This document shows positions 31,044-41,092 of a DNA stretch of 64,000 nucleotides, in pieces. Source of the DNA: Gemmatimonadaceae bacterium (GTDB taxonomy: Bacteria > Gemmatimonadota > Gemmatimonadetes > Gemmatimonadales > Gemmatimonadaceae). The translations under genes and the position numbers were made by a program. How positions within the stretch are numbered: the stretch's first letter is position 1; each line of letters opens with the position of its first letter. The notes beneath the pieces were generated by a model. It searched no databases and had not been told where the DNA came from. It saw only the letters and a list, made by a program, of their open reading frames with translations. The stretch covers positions 32,001 to 96,000 of the forward strand of contig JBJMOW010000004.1 of the NCBI GenBank assembly GCA_045803545.1, given 5' to 3'.

Positions 31044-31661
31044 TCAGCCAACCATCCTTAGCAACTGCGCGAGGATTCTTTCCGTCATTCCCCAAATGAC
31101 ATGGTCCTGGTGCCGGAAGACCCGCGCGTTCAGCTGAATACCGCTCGCGAAAACGGTGTCTTCACGCCAGGCATCGCTCGTTGCGAGCGAGCCGAACGGA
31201 ATCCAGAAGGCCAGCGCGACTTCGGAGCTGAGACTTAGCGGCTCACTCCGCTCCAGCGCGAAGACAAACGGTCGAACCGAGATTGGGGGCAAGCGCACGC
31301 TGCGGGGATAGAGATCGTCGAGCGTGCCGATGATTCGGCCGTCGCGCTCGAGATCGATGCCCGTCTCCTCGCGCGTCTCTCTGACGGCGGTGTCGACCAG
31401 CGATACATCTCCGTGCTCCTCGCGTCCGCCCGGAAAGGCGACCTGACCGCTCCACGGATCGCCAGGATATTCTGCGCGCTTGATGAACAACAGCTCTGGC
31501 CGTCCTTCCTCGCCTGCGCGAAAGATCAACGCCACTGCCGCTCGGCGAATGCCCGCTTCGTTGACCTCGACCGGTTCGTGCGCGACGAACGCCGCGCGCA
31601 GGCGCAACATCGTCGGATGTGCCAGCAGCGCGTCGATACCATTTGTGGAATGCTCGCCCAT
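31044..31661 (-). CDS. Nudix hydrolase (CoA pyrophosphatase)
   Basis: SGQVAFPGG...TAVRETREETG and IWGMT motifs. Confidence 0.92.
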   Translation of the reverse strand: MGEHSTNGIDALLAHPTMLRLRAAFVAHEPVEVNEAGIRRAAVALIFRAGEEGRPELLFIKRAEYPGDPWSGQVAFPGGREEHGDVSLVDTAVRETREETGIDLERDGRIIGTLDDLYPRSVRLPPISVRPFVFALERSEPLSLSSEVALAFWIPFGSLATSDAWREDTVFASGIQLNARVFRHQDHVIWGMTERILAQLLRMVG

Positions 31662-31669
31662 CTACCAGC

Positions 31670-32521
31670 TCACTTCTTCGCCGTGTTACGCAGAAAGAAA
31701 TTCGTCGTTTCCTTTATCACCTTCTCGAGCGACGGTGGAACGTCACTCAGGGGATGCTTCGCCTCGAACGTATGTCCGGATCCCTCGATCAGCCGTAACG
31801 TGCTGACTCCCTTAGCCGCCGAGTGAAGTCGCTCCGCCTCGGAGCTCGGCACGGTTTCATCCGCAGTGCCGTGCAGGATCAGCCACGGCACTTTGATCTT
31901 TCCCGCGGCCGCCTCGATGTTCACCTTCGTCTTTCCATTTAGCTCGACATCCTCGAGCAGGCTGGTGCCGAGGCGCATCACCTGGCCAGTGCGGGAGTTC
32001 GGGATCTCGGTAAAGCCACGCCCTCGCCAGGTCGCCACATCGTCCGCCGTCCAGCGCATGGCATACGAGATTGCTGCCCACGTAACCAGCGAATTCACAT
32101 TCGATCCCTCCGCTGCGGTGTACAGAATCGCCATCCCACCGCCGCGGGAGTGCCCAAACAATCCGAATTTTCCGCTGATCCACTTCATGCGACGCGCGTG
32201 ATCCTCGATCAACTCGAGATCTTCCAGCTCACGCGTGAAAGTGTTGTGCTCGAACGCTTCCGCCTCGGTAAAGCTCTCGCGGTCGCGGCCAATGCCGCTG
32301 CCCGAAAAATCGAAGGTGATCGCGGTTAGGCCGTTTTGCGCCAGCGTCCGCGACAAATGGGGAAAGAACGCCCATCGCGCAAAGCCCTTGAAGCCGTGAC
32401 ACACGATCACGGAACCCAGCGCGTTCTCCGCGCGGTACAGATCGCCCCGCAACGACAACCCGTCCTTACATGGAATCTCGAACGGCTCGGGTGCAACTAT
32501 GCTCTGCGCCGCGCTTGTCAT
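31670..32521 (-). CDS. Alpha/beta hydrolase
   Basis: HGFKGF, GHSRGG, HGTADETV and GHTF motifs. Confidence 0.9.
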   Translation of the reverse strand: MTSAAQSIVAPEPFEIPCKDGLSLRGDLYRAENALGSVIVCHGFKGFARWAFFPHLSRTLAQNGLTAITFDFSGSGIGRDRESFTEAEAFEHNTFTRELEDLELIEDHARRMKWISGKFGLFGHSRGGGMAILYTAAEGSNVNSLVTWAAISYAMRWTADDVATWRGRGFTEIPNSRTGQVMRLGTSLLEDVELNGKTKVNIEAAAGKIKVPWLILHGTADETVPSSEAERLHSAAKGVSTLRLIEGSGHTFEAKHPLSDVPPSLEKVIKETTNFFLRNTAKK

Positions 32522-32880
32522 CCTTCAATATCGCCGTTGATATCGGCCCATCCCTCAATGCCGCGCGACATCGACGAGACATCTTCGTAACCCATCTGCT
32601 TCATCGTCACCGCCGCGAGTGCGGATCTGTTTCCGCGTGCGCAATAAATGACGACGCGCTTATCACGCGTAATCAGGCCTTCGACTTTGCCCTCCAGATT
32701 GCCGCGCGCCAGATGCACGGCGCCGGGAAGATGTCCGAGGTTCCATTCGTTCGGTTCGCGCACATCGAGGTAGACCACCGGTTCTTTGCGCGACTGCATC
32801 TCCTGCACCTGTTCTGGTGTCACCTGTTCGATTTGCTGCTTCGCTTCGTCGATCAGATCCTGGCCCGTCTTGAACGTCAT
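32518..32880 (-). CDS. Rhodanese-like sulfurtransferase
   Basis: LDVREPNEW..GHLPGA and YCARGNRS motifs; ATG at 32880. Confidence 0.9.
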   Translation of the reverse strand: MTFKTGQDLIDEAKQQIEQVTPEQVQEMQSRKEPVVYLDVREPNEWNLGHLPGAVHLARGNLEGKVEGLITRDKRVVIYCARGNRSALAAVTMKQMGYEDVSSMSRGIEGWADINGDIEG

Positions 32881-32884
32881 CGGA

Positions 32885-33805
32885 TCAGCCAGTATACGGA
32901 GCGACCGAGAGCGTGCAGCTATCCGCATCGAGCGTCGCCATTGCTCCCAACGGAATCGTCCACTGCTCGGCGATGTGTCCCACCGGAATTCCGGTAACAC
33001 ACGGCACGTTGAGCTCGCGCACAATCTCGCCGAGCACTTCGTCGAGGGACCGCGCGCCGCCTCCGGCATCGTCCGGACATTTCACGCACTCGCCGAACGC
33101 CACTGCCTTACACCCGCGTAACATTCCCGACAGCTTGAGCTGCTGCAGCATGCGATCGATTCGATAAACAGGCTCGTTAATGTCCTCGAGAATCAGAATG
33201 CAATCACTGAGATCTGGCGCGTAGGGCGTGCCGCAAAGCGACGCCAGCACCGCCAGATTGCCGCCGGCGAGTCTCCCTTCTGCTTTTCCGTCGCTGATGG
33301 CGCGTGCTTTCGCTGCCGCACCACATGAGTCCGTTTGGCGCACGACGGCGCGCTCGAACGAGTCGCGCGAAAACTCGCCCATCGGTTCCCGCGCAGTGGG
33401 TCCGTGATAGCTGATCAGCCAACATTTGCGCTGCACCGCTGCGTGGAGCGCTGTCACGTCGGAATAACCAATGATCGGCTTGGGATTGCTCTCGATCGCA
33501 TGGTAATCGATGCCGTCGAGAATTCGGATCATCCCGTAGCCACCGCGCAGGCACCACAGGGCATCGATAGCCGGATCCTGCAATGCATGATTGATATCAT
33601 CGAGTCGCGCACGGTCGTCGCCGGCGAGGTAGCCCAGACGCCGCTGCGCGTTTTGACCGACGGCCGGATCCCATCCGAATGAGCGCGCGTTGTCGATGGC
33701 GCGGGGAAGCTCATCGTCCTTTACGAGTGGACCGGCGGGAGCGATCAACGCTACGCGTGCGCCGGGCGTGAGCGCGTTAGGGCTACGAAAATGCTTTGCT
33801 GACAC
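32885..33805 (-). CDS. ldcA: LD-carboxypeptidase (peptidase S66)
   Basis: RGGYG, GYSDVT, GGNL, LEDINE and PVGH motifs. Confidence 0.9.
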   Translation of the reverse strand: MSAKHFRSPNALTPGARVALIAPAGPLVKDDELPRAIDNARSFGWDPAVGQNAQRRLGYLAGDDRARLDDINHALQDPAIDALWCLRGGYGMIRILDGIDYHAIESNPKPIIGYSDVTALHAAVQRKCWLISYHGPTAREPMGEFSRDSFERAVVRQTDSCGAAAKARAISDGKAEGRLAGGNLAVLASLCGTPYAPDLSDCILILEDINEPVYRIDRMLQQLKLSGMLRGCKAVAFGECVKCPDDAGGGARSLDEVLGEIVRELNVPCVTGIPVGHIAEQWTIPLGAMATLDADSCTLSVAPYTG

Positions 33806-33864
33806 GAATTACGCTTTGTGGCGCGAATTACGCAGTGATTTGCCCGCTTGCATGTGTCGTAATA

Positions 33865-33880
33865 TGGCATATGCATTGCT
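33865..33880 (+). promoter_or_regulatory. Candidate sigma54 promoter for the glycine-rich ORF
   Basis: TGGCAT-ATGCA-TTGCT is a near-consensus -24/-12 element 40 bp upstream of ATG 33921. Confidence 0.65.
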
Positions 33881-33920
33881 TTTGTCGCGCCTGTAACAAA
33901 CAACTTCGGAGGGTAGTGGA

Positions 33921-34385
33921 ATGGCTGATACGGAAGATCGGTTCGGCGCCAAAGGTGGCGGTGGCGGCGGCCAGGGTGGTGGTGGTGGCGGCGGTCAACG
34001 CGGCGGTGGCGGCGGCATGGGCGGTGGTGGTTCTTCCGGCGGCGGTGGGGGCGGTGGTGGACGTCCTGGCGGAGGAGGCTCCGGAGGAGGCGGTCAAGGT
34101 GGTGGTGGCGGCGGTCGTCCTGGTGGTGGTGGTGGTGGACAAGGCGGCGGCGGTCAGGGCGGTGGTGGTCAAGGTGGTGGTGGCCGTCCCGGCGGTGGTG
34201 GGGGCGGTGGACAAGGTGGTGGCGGACAGGGTGGCGGCGGTGGCCGGCCCGGTGGCGGTGGTGGACAAGGCGGTGGTGGACAAGGCGGTGGTGGACAAGG
34301 CGGTGGTGGACAAGGTGGTGGCGGGCAGGGTGGCGGTGGTGGCGGCGGCCGTCCAGGTGGGGGCGGAGGCGGCGGGAGTCGTTAA
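33921..34385 (+). CDS. Glycine-rich low-complexity protein (GGGGQ/GGRP repeats)
   Basis: GGAGG RBS, ATG, synonymous variation in Gly codons, and a downstream terminator. Confidence 0.75.
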   Translation: MADTEDRFGAKGGGGGGQGGGGGGGQRGGGGGMGGGGSSGGGGGGGGRPGGGGSGGGGQGGGGGGRPGGGGGGQGGGGQGGGGQGGGGRPGGGGGGGQGGGGQGGGGGRPGGGGGQGGGGQGGGGQGGGGQGGGGQGGGGGGGRPGGGGGGGSR

Positions 34386-34401
34386 CTCTCCCCGATCTCA
34401 G

Positions 34402-34435
34402 CGGGGCGTCGCGTTTGTGCGACGCCCCGTTTTTT
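34402..34435 (+). terminator. Rho-independent terminator
   Basis: CGGGGCGTCGC/GCGACGCCCCG stem followed by TTTTTT. Confidence 0.85.
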
Positions 34436-34439
34436 ATTA

Positions 34440-35600
34440 ATGCGCCTGATTCCCGCGATTCTTTGGTCGCTGCCGTGGATTCTACCGCTGCTAATCACTT
34501 ACGTTCGGCTGCGGAACTCACGCTCCCTCGACGACGAAAGCGACAGTGCGCCCGACCCGGCACCGCTCGTTTCGGTGATAGTGCCCGCACGAAATGAAGC
34601 GCGCAACATCGCTCGCTGCGTCACGTCGATCCTTGCAACAAACTATCCGAACCTCGAGCTGATCGTCGTCGACGATTCATCGACGGATGGAACGCGCGAC
34701 GTAGCAGAGCGTGCCATCGCTGGCGACAGCCGCGCCCGGGTCATCACCAATCCACCGTTGCCCTCGGGATGGTTCGGCAAACAATGGGCGTGCAACACCG
34801 GTGCGAAAGCGGCGCGCGGCGCGATTCTGCAATTCACCGATGCTGACACTGAGCACGCACCCGATCTGGTTGCGCGCAGCATCAACGCGATGGAGAGAAC
34901 ACGCGCTGATCTTTTCTCGCTCGCCGGGCACCAGGAGCTTGGCGGATTTTGGGAGAAAGTCCTTCAACCGCAGATGTTCACCGTGCTGTCGATGCGCTAC
35001 GGAGGCACCGAGTCGATCACGCGATCCGATCGTGTCAGCAACAAGATCGCCGCCGGCCAATGCATTTTCGTCAAGCGATCGAGCTACGACTCGATCGGCG
35101 GTCACGTTGCCGTACGCTCGTCCGTCGCCGAAGACCTGCTGCTCGCACAGCGCTTTTTCGCCGCACGGAAGCATGTGGTGGTGATGCTCGGTGTAAAGCA
35201 ATTGTCGACGCGCATGTACGCGTCACTGGGCGAGATCATCAACGGCTGGCGCAAGAACGTCTTCGCCGGCGGACTCGACTCGGTCCCCTTCGGCAAGGTT
35301 GGACAGAGCCTCCTCCCACTCGCGCTGCTGATGCCGCCGCTGTTGGAGCTCCTCCCACCGCTGGCCCTCGCCCTCGCGATCTTCTTTCTGCCGGTGGAGA
35401 GTACGACCATTCTCTGGGCATCGATCGCGGTTGCCGCGACACTCATTTGGTGGTTCGTCGTCTATAGAAGGATCGGCGAGAATCTGTTGTATGCACTCGC
35501 GTATCCGCTTGGCGCACTAGCGCTGCTATACATTTTCTTGACGGCCATCATCCGTGGCCGACGAGTAACCTGGAAAGGTCGCACTTACATCTCTCAATGA
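34440..35600 (+). CDS. Glycosyltransferase family 2 (CrtQ/HpnI-like membrane type)
   Basis: VSVIVPARNE, VDD.STDGT, GWFGKQWA, FTDAD, AEDL and VTWKGR motifs. Confidence 0.88.
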   Translation: MRLIPAILWSLPWILPLLITYVRLRNSRSLDDESDSAPDPAPLVSVIVPARNEARNIARCVTSILATNYPNLELIVVDDSSTDGTRDVAERAIAGDSRARVITNPPLPSGWFGKQWACNTGAKAARGAILQFTDADTEHAPDLVARSINAMERTRADLFSLAGHQELGGFWEKVLQPQMFTVLSMRYGGTESITRSDRVSNKIAAGQCIFVKRSSYDSIGGHVAVRSSVAEDLLLAQRFFAARKHVVVMLGVKQLSTRMYASLGEIINGWRKNVFAGGLDSVPFGKVGQSLLPLALLMPPLLELLPPLALALAIFFLPVESTTILWASIAVAATLIWWFVVYRRIGENLLYALAYPLGALALLYIFLTAIIRGRRVTWKGRTYISQ

Positions 35601-36118
35601 AACGCTGGTTGATTCTTTGCGCCGCTCTCGCGCTGCCGCCGGTCGTCGCTGCCCAACAGCCCGCCGACAGCACCACGCCGATACAACCGGCGGCGAGCTC
35701 CACTCCGACGAGTACCTCGACTCCTCCAAGCGAAGCTGCCATGCCTACCGCTGCATCAGATTCGGCCAAAGTGAGGATCGCGCGTCTGCTCCGCACCAAG
35801 GGAATCAATCCTGCCGTTGCTGAGTACTGGAGGCTCCATGACCAGGACTCGACCGCGACGCCTGAGAGCTTGCTCAACGACCTCGGCTATAATTTGCTCA
35901 AGCAGTCACGGGTCGACGACGCGATCAGAGCGTTCCGCGCCAACATCGCTGCCTATCCTGAATCGCCCCGCGTTTATGAGGCGATCGGTGATGCGTACCT
36001 GGCGGGCGGTCACCGCACCGCAGCCCGCGATGGTTATCGACGAGCCGCGGAGCTCGACACCACGATGACTCGTGCTCGACGACTGGCCGATAGCCTCAAC
36101 GCCCACCTTCGTCACTAA
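35597..36118 (+). CDS. Exported TPR-repeat protein
   Basis: Signal peptide; LNDLGYNLL..DAIRAF...YP...YEAIGDAY TPR pattern. Confidence 0.8.
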   Translation: MKRWLILCAALALPPVVAAQQPADSTTPIQPAASSTPTSTSTPPSEAAMPTAASDSAKVRIARLLRTKGINPAVAEYWRLHDQDSTATPESLLNDLGYNLLKQSRVDDAIRAFRANIAAYPESPRVYEAIGDAYLAGGHRTAARDGYRRAAELDTTMTRARRLADSLNAHLRH

Positions 36119-36193
36119 CGTTCCGCGATAGATCGCGCTGAACGGCTGACAAACGATGTGAGGGTTCGAGCGCGGCGAGCGTAGCCTCGGTGC

Positions 36194-39142
36194 GTGAAGA
36201 CTCTTGAGCGCGCCACGCAGCTTTTGCGAAACGCGAATTCGCTGGACACCCTCGACGAGCTTTTCCGCGAGCTTGGCTTCGCACCGCCACTGCTGCCGCT
36301 CGACCACTCGGCGCTGGCATCGCTCGGGCTCAACGCGCTGAGCGGCGCAAGGATAGTGAAAGGCGAGGGCGCGCTCCGCGGGCTGGCTTTGGCGCTTGAC
36401 CTCACCACTGAGTTGCGCGATGCGTTGACGGGCATCGCGAACGCGCTCGCCCGTAACGCCTCGCAGCTGCTGTGGATCGTGATTGCGCTTCGTCAGCCTG
36501 ACGAGCTGGCGATCGTCTGCTGGCGCTCAATCAACGGGCGCGTGCGCGTCGCGTCACTCATTTGCTCCAAAGACCGCGTGGTTCAAAGCGACGCGGAGAC
36601 ACTATGCATGCTCTCGGCCGTCGGCGGTGAGTCGGATCTGCTAACTCACGCGCGCTGGCTCGATGTACTCGGCCGCGAGGCCATCACCAACAGATTCTTT
36701 CGCGTACTCGAGAGTACCGTTGTCGAGCTCGCGAGATCGCTGAGTGGACGGGTTTCCGCAGCTGAGCGCCGCGAGCTCGCGCTGCTCTACGTGTCGCGTC
36801 TCGTCTTTCTCTCGTTTCTCGAGAGCAAGGGTTGGCTGAACGGCGATTTCTGCTTTCTGTCCAATACCTACGGCGATTGCATCGCCAAGGGCGGACAGTA
36901 CCAGCAGCGGGTTCTGGAGCCGCTGTTCTTCGGTACGCTTAATACGCGCATTCAATCGCGCTCTTCCCGCGCCCGTGATTTCGGAAGGATCCCATTCCTC
37001 AACGGCGGCCTGTTTTCGCGATCTGTACTGGAGAAGCAACGGCGGACGAGCCTGTTCTCCGACGAGGCGTTTGGCAACGCGTTCGGCAATCTCTTCTCGC
37101 GTTTTCGATTCAGCGGCCGCGAAGAGACTACCACCTGGTCCGACGCGTCGATCGATCCGGAAATCCTCGGCAAGGCATTCGAAGCGCTGATGGCAAACAG
37201 CGATCGCAAGAAAAGCGGGTCGTATTACACGCCACAGACTCTCGTCGAGAGACTTGCTGACGAAACCCTGCGCTGTCTCACACAGGGAACGACGCCCGGC
37301 GATCTCGATCGATTATGTCAGGCGAAGCTCCTCGATCCTGCGTGCGGCTCGGGCGCTTTCCTGGTGTACGTCCTTGAACGCGTTGCATCCCACCGCAAGG
37401 ATTGCGGCGAAGCCGGTACGATCGCCGATATCAGACGTCGAGTCTTGTCATCGTCGATTTTCGGCGTCGACCTCAACCCGATGGCGGTCTGGCTCTGTGA
37501 GCTGAGGCTTTGGCTTTCGATCGTGATCGAGAGTAAGGAGCCAGATCCGATGAACGTCGCGACTTTGCCGAATCTTGACCGTCACATCCGGGTTGGTGAT
37601 TCCCTCTCCGCCGGCTCCTTTGACGATCGCGGTAGCACCCTCGGCAGTCGCAAGCTTGCTTCACTGCGCGCGAGGTACATGCGCGCTGTGGGCCCGCGTA
37701 AACGAACGCTCGGGCGGGAGCTGGATCGCATGGAACGCGCGTCCGCCATCGACGTGCTCGCGCGCCGACGAGTGCGTCTCACCGTTGATCGGAAGGAGAT
37801 GCTGCTGCTTCTGCGCGCGCGCGATCTCTTCGGCTTGCGCCATCCGCCCGATCTCGCGACGCAGTTGCGTCTCAAGTCACTGCGTCAAAGTCTGCGTGAG
37901 TCAAGCGAGCGAGTCAGGTCCCTGCGCGCCGGCGCAGCGCTGCCCTTCTCTTTCGACGCTCACTTCCCGGACATCGCAGCCGCCGGCGGATTTGATTGCA
38001 TCATCGGCAATCCGCCGTGGGTGCGGATTCATCGGATCGATGCTGGTGCGCGGCAGAAATTTCGCCAGGAGTTCAAGGTCTACCGCAACGCGCCGTGGCG
38101 CAGCGGCGCCGAGCAAGCCGGCGCAGGCCGTGGATTCGCTGCGCAGGTGGATTTGTCAGCGCTGTTCGTTGAGCGTGCGTGCGGCCTCGCCCGCCCGGGT
38201 GGTGTCATTGCGTACATCCTGCCATCCAAGCTCTGGCGATCGCTGGCGGGCGGCGGACTGCGTGAGCTGCTTCTCGAGCACACCAGCATCGTGATGATCG
38301 AAGATCTGAGCGACGCGCGCAACGAGTTCGAGGCGGCGGTCTATCCATCGCTGCTCATCGCACGCAAGTGTGACGACTCCCGCGCGACACCGACTGGGCT
38401 GCGAGGCGACAAGGCTACTGTAGCCGAGGATTTAATCACGGTAACTGTGCGAACCTCTCGCGGCGGCAAGCGCTGGCGCTGCGAGTCCCACCGTCTGTCC
38501 GTCGACGGACCCGGCAGTCCCTGGCTGCTTTTGCCGGCCGCGGTGCGCAGGGCGTTCGATCGAGTAACCAGAGCAGGCGTTCCATTGCGGGTTACGCCGT
38601 TCGGCCGACCTCAACTTGGCGTCAAGACTGGATGCAACGACGCGTACATCGTTCGGGTGGATTCCGTCGATGGCGACATCGCGCGGGTCTCCAGTAGTCG
38701 AAGCGGTGTGATCGAGCGCTCGCTCCTTCGTCCCCTCGTCCGCGGTGAAACACTGGCGAGGTGGAAATCCGACAAGGCGGGCGAGTACATCGTTTGGCCA
38801 CACGATGACGACGCACACCCGATGCGCGCCCTGCCGCCTCTCGGGCGGGCTTGGCTGCTCCCGTTCCGCGACGCACTCTTGCAGCGAACGGACTTGCACG
38901 ACGCCCGACGCTGGTGGTCGGTGTTTCGCACTGAAGGCGCAACCTGCCACCGACCACGTGTGATCTGGGCAGACTTCGGCTTGCATCCCCGCGCCATGGT
39001 CGTGGCAGAGAACGATCGGTTCGTTCCGCTCAACACCTGCTACGTCGTTCACATCCAGAAACTGATCGACGCCTTCGCACTCGCCGCTATTCTGAACGGA
39101 CCATTGGCGACCGCGTGGCTGAACGCCATCGCGGGTATATAG
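36194..39142 (+). pseudogene. N6-adenine DNA methyltransferase (Eco57I/type IIG-like), 5' portion truncated by the casposon insertion
   Basis: GSYYTP, LDPACGSGAFL and GNPPW motifs. Ends ...WLNAIA then reads GI-stop inside the element terminus; the frame resumes at 53490. Confidence 0.85.
39119..39132 (+). repeat. Left target-site duplication CTGAACGCCATCGC (14 bp)
   Basis: Identical to 53490-53503; the match extends to 16 bp if two terminal Gs are included. Confidence 0.92.
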
Positions 39143-39165
39143 AGAAGCCTTCAGTTCGCTTCCCC
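39133..39165 (+). repeat. Left terminal inverted repeat
   Basis: GGGTATATAGAGAAG versus right-end reverse complement GGGTATAGAGGGAAG (13/15), plus a second in-register block TCGCTTCCCC/TCACTTCCGC. Confidence 0.8.
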
Positions 39166-39266
39166 TTGTAGATTTCGTATCGCTCGACTGTCGATTTTCT
39201 ATAAAATCGTTCGCAGCCTAGACGTGTTACACTGCTCTGGCAGCGACTGACGATAGGAGGAACACG

Positions 39267-39989
39267 ATGTCTAGATGCACTGCACCCGTATACGGCCACC
39301 GTTCAGCTAGCGCGGCTGCGAACTGCCCTGCGTGCGGAAGCCGGTACCGCTACCGCAGCTACGGCTACGGGTCATACTCTCCATCGTCCTATTCTTCTTA
39401 TGGGAGCAGCGGAGCCGGTCGAAGCAGCAGCGGCGTAGCCCGAAGCAGCGCAAGACCTCGTTGGTCGCCAAGCAGTTCGTCAGCGGTCTACACCCCTACC
39501 GAGGTGGCGGCGCTTACGCCGATCCGCGACAACGTCGAGAAGCTGGCGACGGTGCCTGACCTTCGCGATGTCTTTCTGTGCCACGCGTGGGACGACCGAC
39601 AAGGCGTCGCGAAGGAGCTTCACGACCTCTTAGAGTCGCGGGGAGTGAAGGTATGGTTCAGCGAAAAGGATGTTGGCCTTGGCGTTCCGTTGCTTCGTGC
39701 AATCGACAAGGGCTTGGCTCACTCAAGAGTCGGAATAGTGCTAGTGACTCCCTCACTGTTGCGCCGCCTTCCGAACGAGGGCATTGCTGACAAAGAACTC
39801 TCGGCACTTCTAGCGCGTGAACGGCTTGTGCCAGTTGTGCACGAAACGACATACGAAGCGCTCCGCGACGTCAGTCCCCTTCTGGCCTCGCGAAGCGGCT
39901 TGAGCACTGCAGAAGATTCGATGACTGGCGTCGCGGACAAGCTCGCCGAGCTAGTTGCCTTTGAGCTCTGTCCCGCCCCCGAAGCGTGA
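39267..39989 (+). CDS. TIR domain protein with N-terminal Cys/His motif and Ser/Tyr-rich linker
   Basis: DVFLCHAWDD..VAKELHDLL..GVKVWF..AIDKGL...KEL (putative catalytic Glu); AGGAGG RBS. Confidence 0.85.
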   Translation: MSRCTAPVYGHRSASAAANCPACGSRYRYRSYGYGSYSPSSYSSYGSSGAGRSSSGVARSSARPRWSPSSSSAVYTPTEVAALTPIRDNVEKLATVPDLRDVFLCHAWDDRQGVAKELHDLLESRGVKVWFSEKDVGLGVPLLRAIDKGLAHSRVGIVLVTPSLLRRLPNEGIADKELSALLARERLVPVVHETTYEALRDVSPLLASRSGLSTAEDSMTGVADKLAELVAFELCPAPEA

Positions 39990-41092
39990 GTCGCCGAGAT
40001 GGGCAGATGACGCAGCACGCCAAACGGGGGACTGTCAAAGGTTCCTTGGTTGTAGTGCTTCCAGTTGTTCTGAACAGCGATGTTCCAAAAAAAGCAACGC
40101 GACTGCTGCTCAAAGAGCTGGAGGAGCAGTTTTCTCGAACTTTCCTTTCATTGCCGTGGGGCCAAGTGGCGAAGCTCAATGCTGAGCGACTAGCGTCCCC
40201 GAAGTCGTATCCGGCATACGCGCTATCAAAGACTCGCCGTGAATTAAAGGCGGGTCGGCCTCACTTGTTAAAGGTCAGCGTAGATGTCGAAGCACCTAAC
40301 GACGCGAACTGCGTTTGGGGTGACGACACGTTTGTAGTTGCGGAGCACCCGCAATCAGCGCTTTGTTCTGCGACTGAACGGCTTTTCGAGCGCGTAGCAC
40401 TGATGGCATTTGCTTCTCAGCTCGCCGCTCCTGGCTACGCTCATTTCCCCAAGACGGCGGGCTTCATCAATGATCAGCCCTGGGGTGTCGCTTCCGAGAT
40501 TTCCTGGGTGCTACATGAAGCGTGGTTCACTGCGACCAAGTACGGGTGGCCGTCGATTTCTCGACTTCCACTCCAAGAAACGGATGCATGGCTTTGCGGA
40601 ATTCCTGGAATACTTGACGGCATGGGCCGGGGCCGCACAGGACGTGCAATTGCGGCACTGTCACGCATTGTATGCAGCGATATAAATGACAGCTCTGAAA
40701 TGGGCATTGCTTGGTCGTTGCTAGGTCTCGAAGCGTTATATGCGGATGGCAGCCAAGGATCGAGTCAGCAAATCCTTCGAAAATCCGAGATACTACTTGG
40801 TCCTAGAAACCCGAAAAAGCCGCGACTGAAAGGGGTATATGACTACCGTTCTCGGTTTCTGCACGGAAGCATCGACATCCCACTTGCGTACACGAGAGAC
40901 AGCTTTGACCCGCCAGATCAAGGCAAGTTTATGAACGACACGTACGAATACTGGGGCATTGCCACTTGCATGCTGATCGCAACGCTTCAGCAAATGATTC
41001 TTCGCAATCTTGGCGAACTAACTTTTTCGTTGACTCTAGATGTGCCGCTAGCCAGTACGCCTGAATCGCGGAATCTCAAGCTACTGGGCTAG
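39986..41092 (+). CDS. HEPN domain protein (ApeA-like), putative RNase
   Basis: W..LGLEALY followed by YDYRSRFLHG (Rx4H HEPN motif). Confidence 0.7.
   Translation: MSRRDGQMTQHAKRGTVKGSLVVVLPVVLNSDVPKKATRLLLKELEEQFSRTFLSLPWGQVAKLNAERLASPKSYPAYALSKTRRELKAGRPHLLKVSVDVEAPNDANCVWGDDTFVVAEHPQSALCSATERLFERVALMAFASQLAAPGYAHFPKTAGFINDQPWGVASEISWVLHEAWFTATKYGWPSISRLPLQETDAWLCGIPGILDGMGRGRTGRAIAALSRIVCSDINDSSEMGIAWSLLGLEALYADGSQGSSQQILRKSEILLGPRNPKKPRLKGVYDYRSRFLHGSIDIPLAYTRDSFDPPDQGKFMNDTYEYWGIATCMLIATLQQMILRNLGELTFSLTLDVPLASTPESRNLKLLG

Noticed and set aside
33796..34440. Val-rich (+) and Thr-rich (-) ORFs over the GGN repeat
   Set aside because: Alternative frames of the glycine repeat; only the Gly frame has an RBS, promoter and terminator fit and third-position variation.
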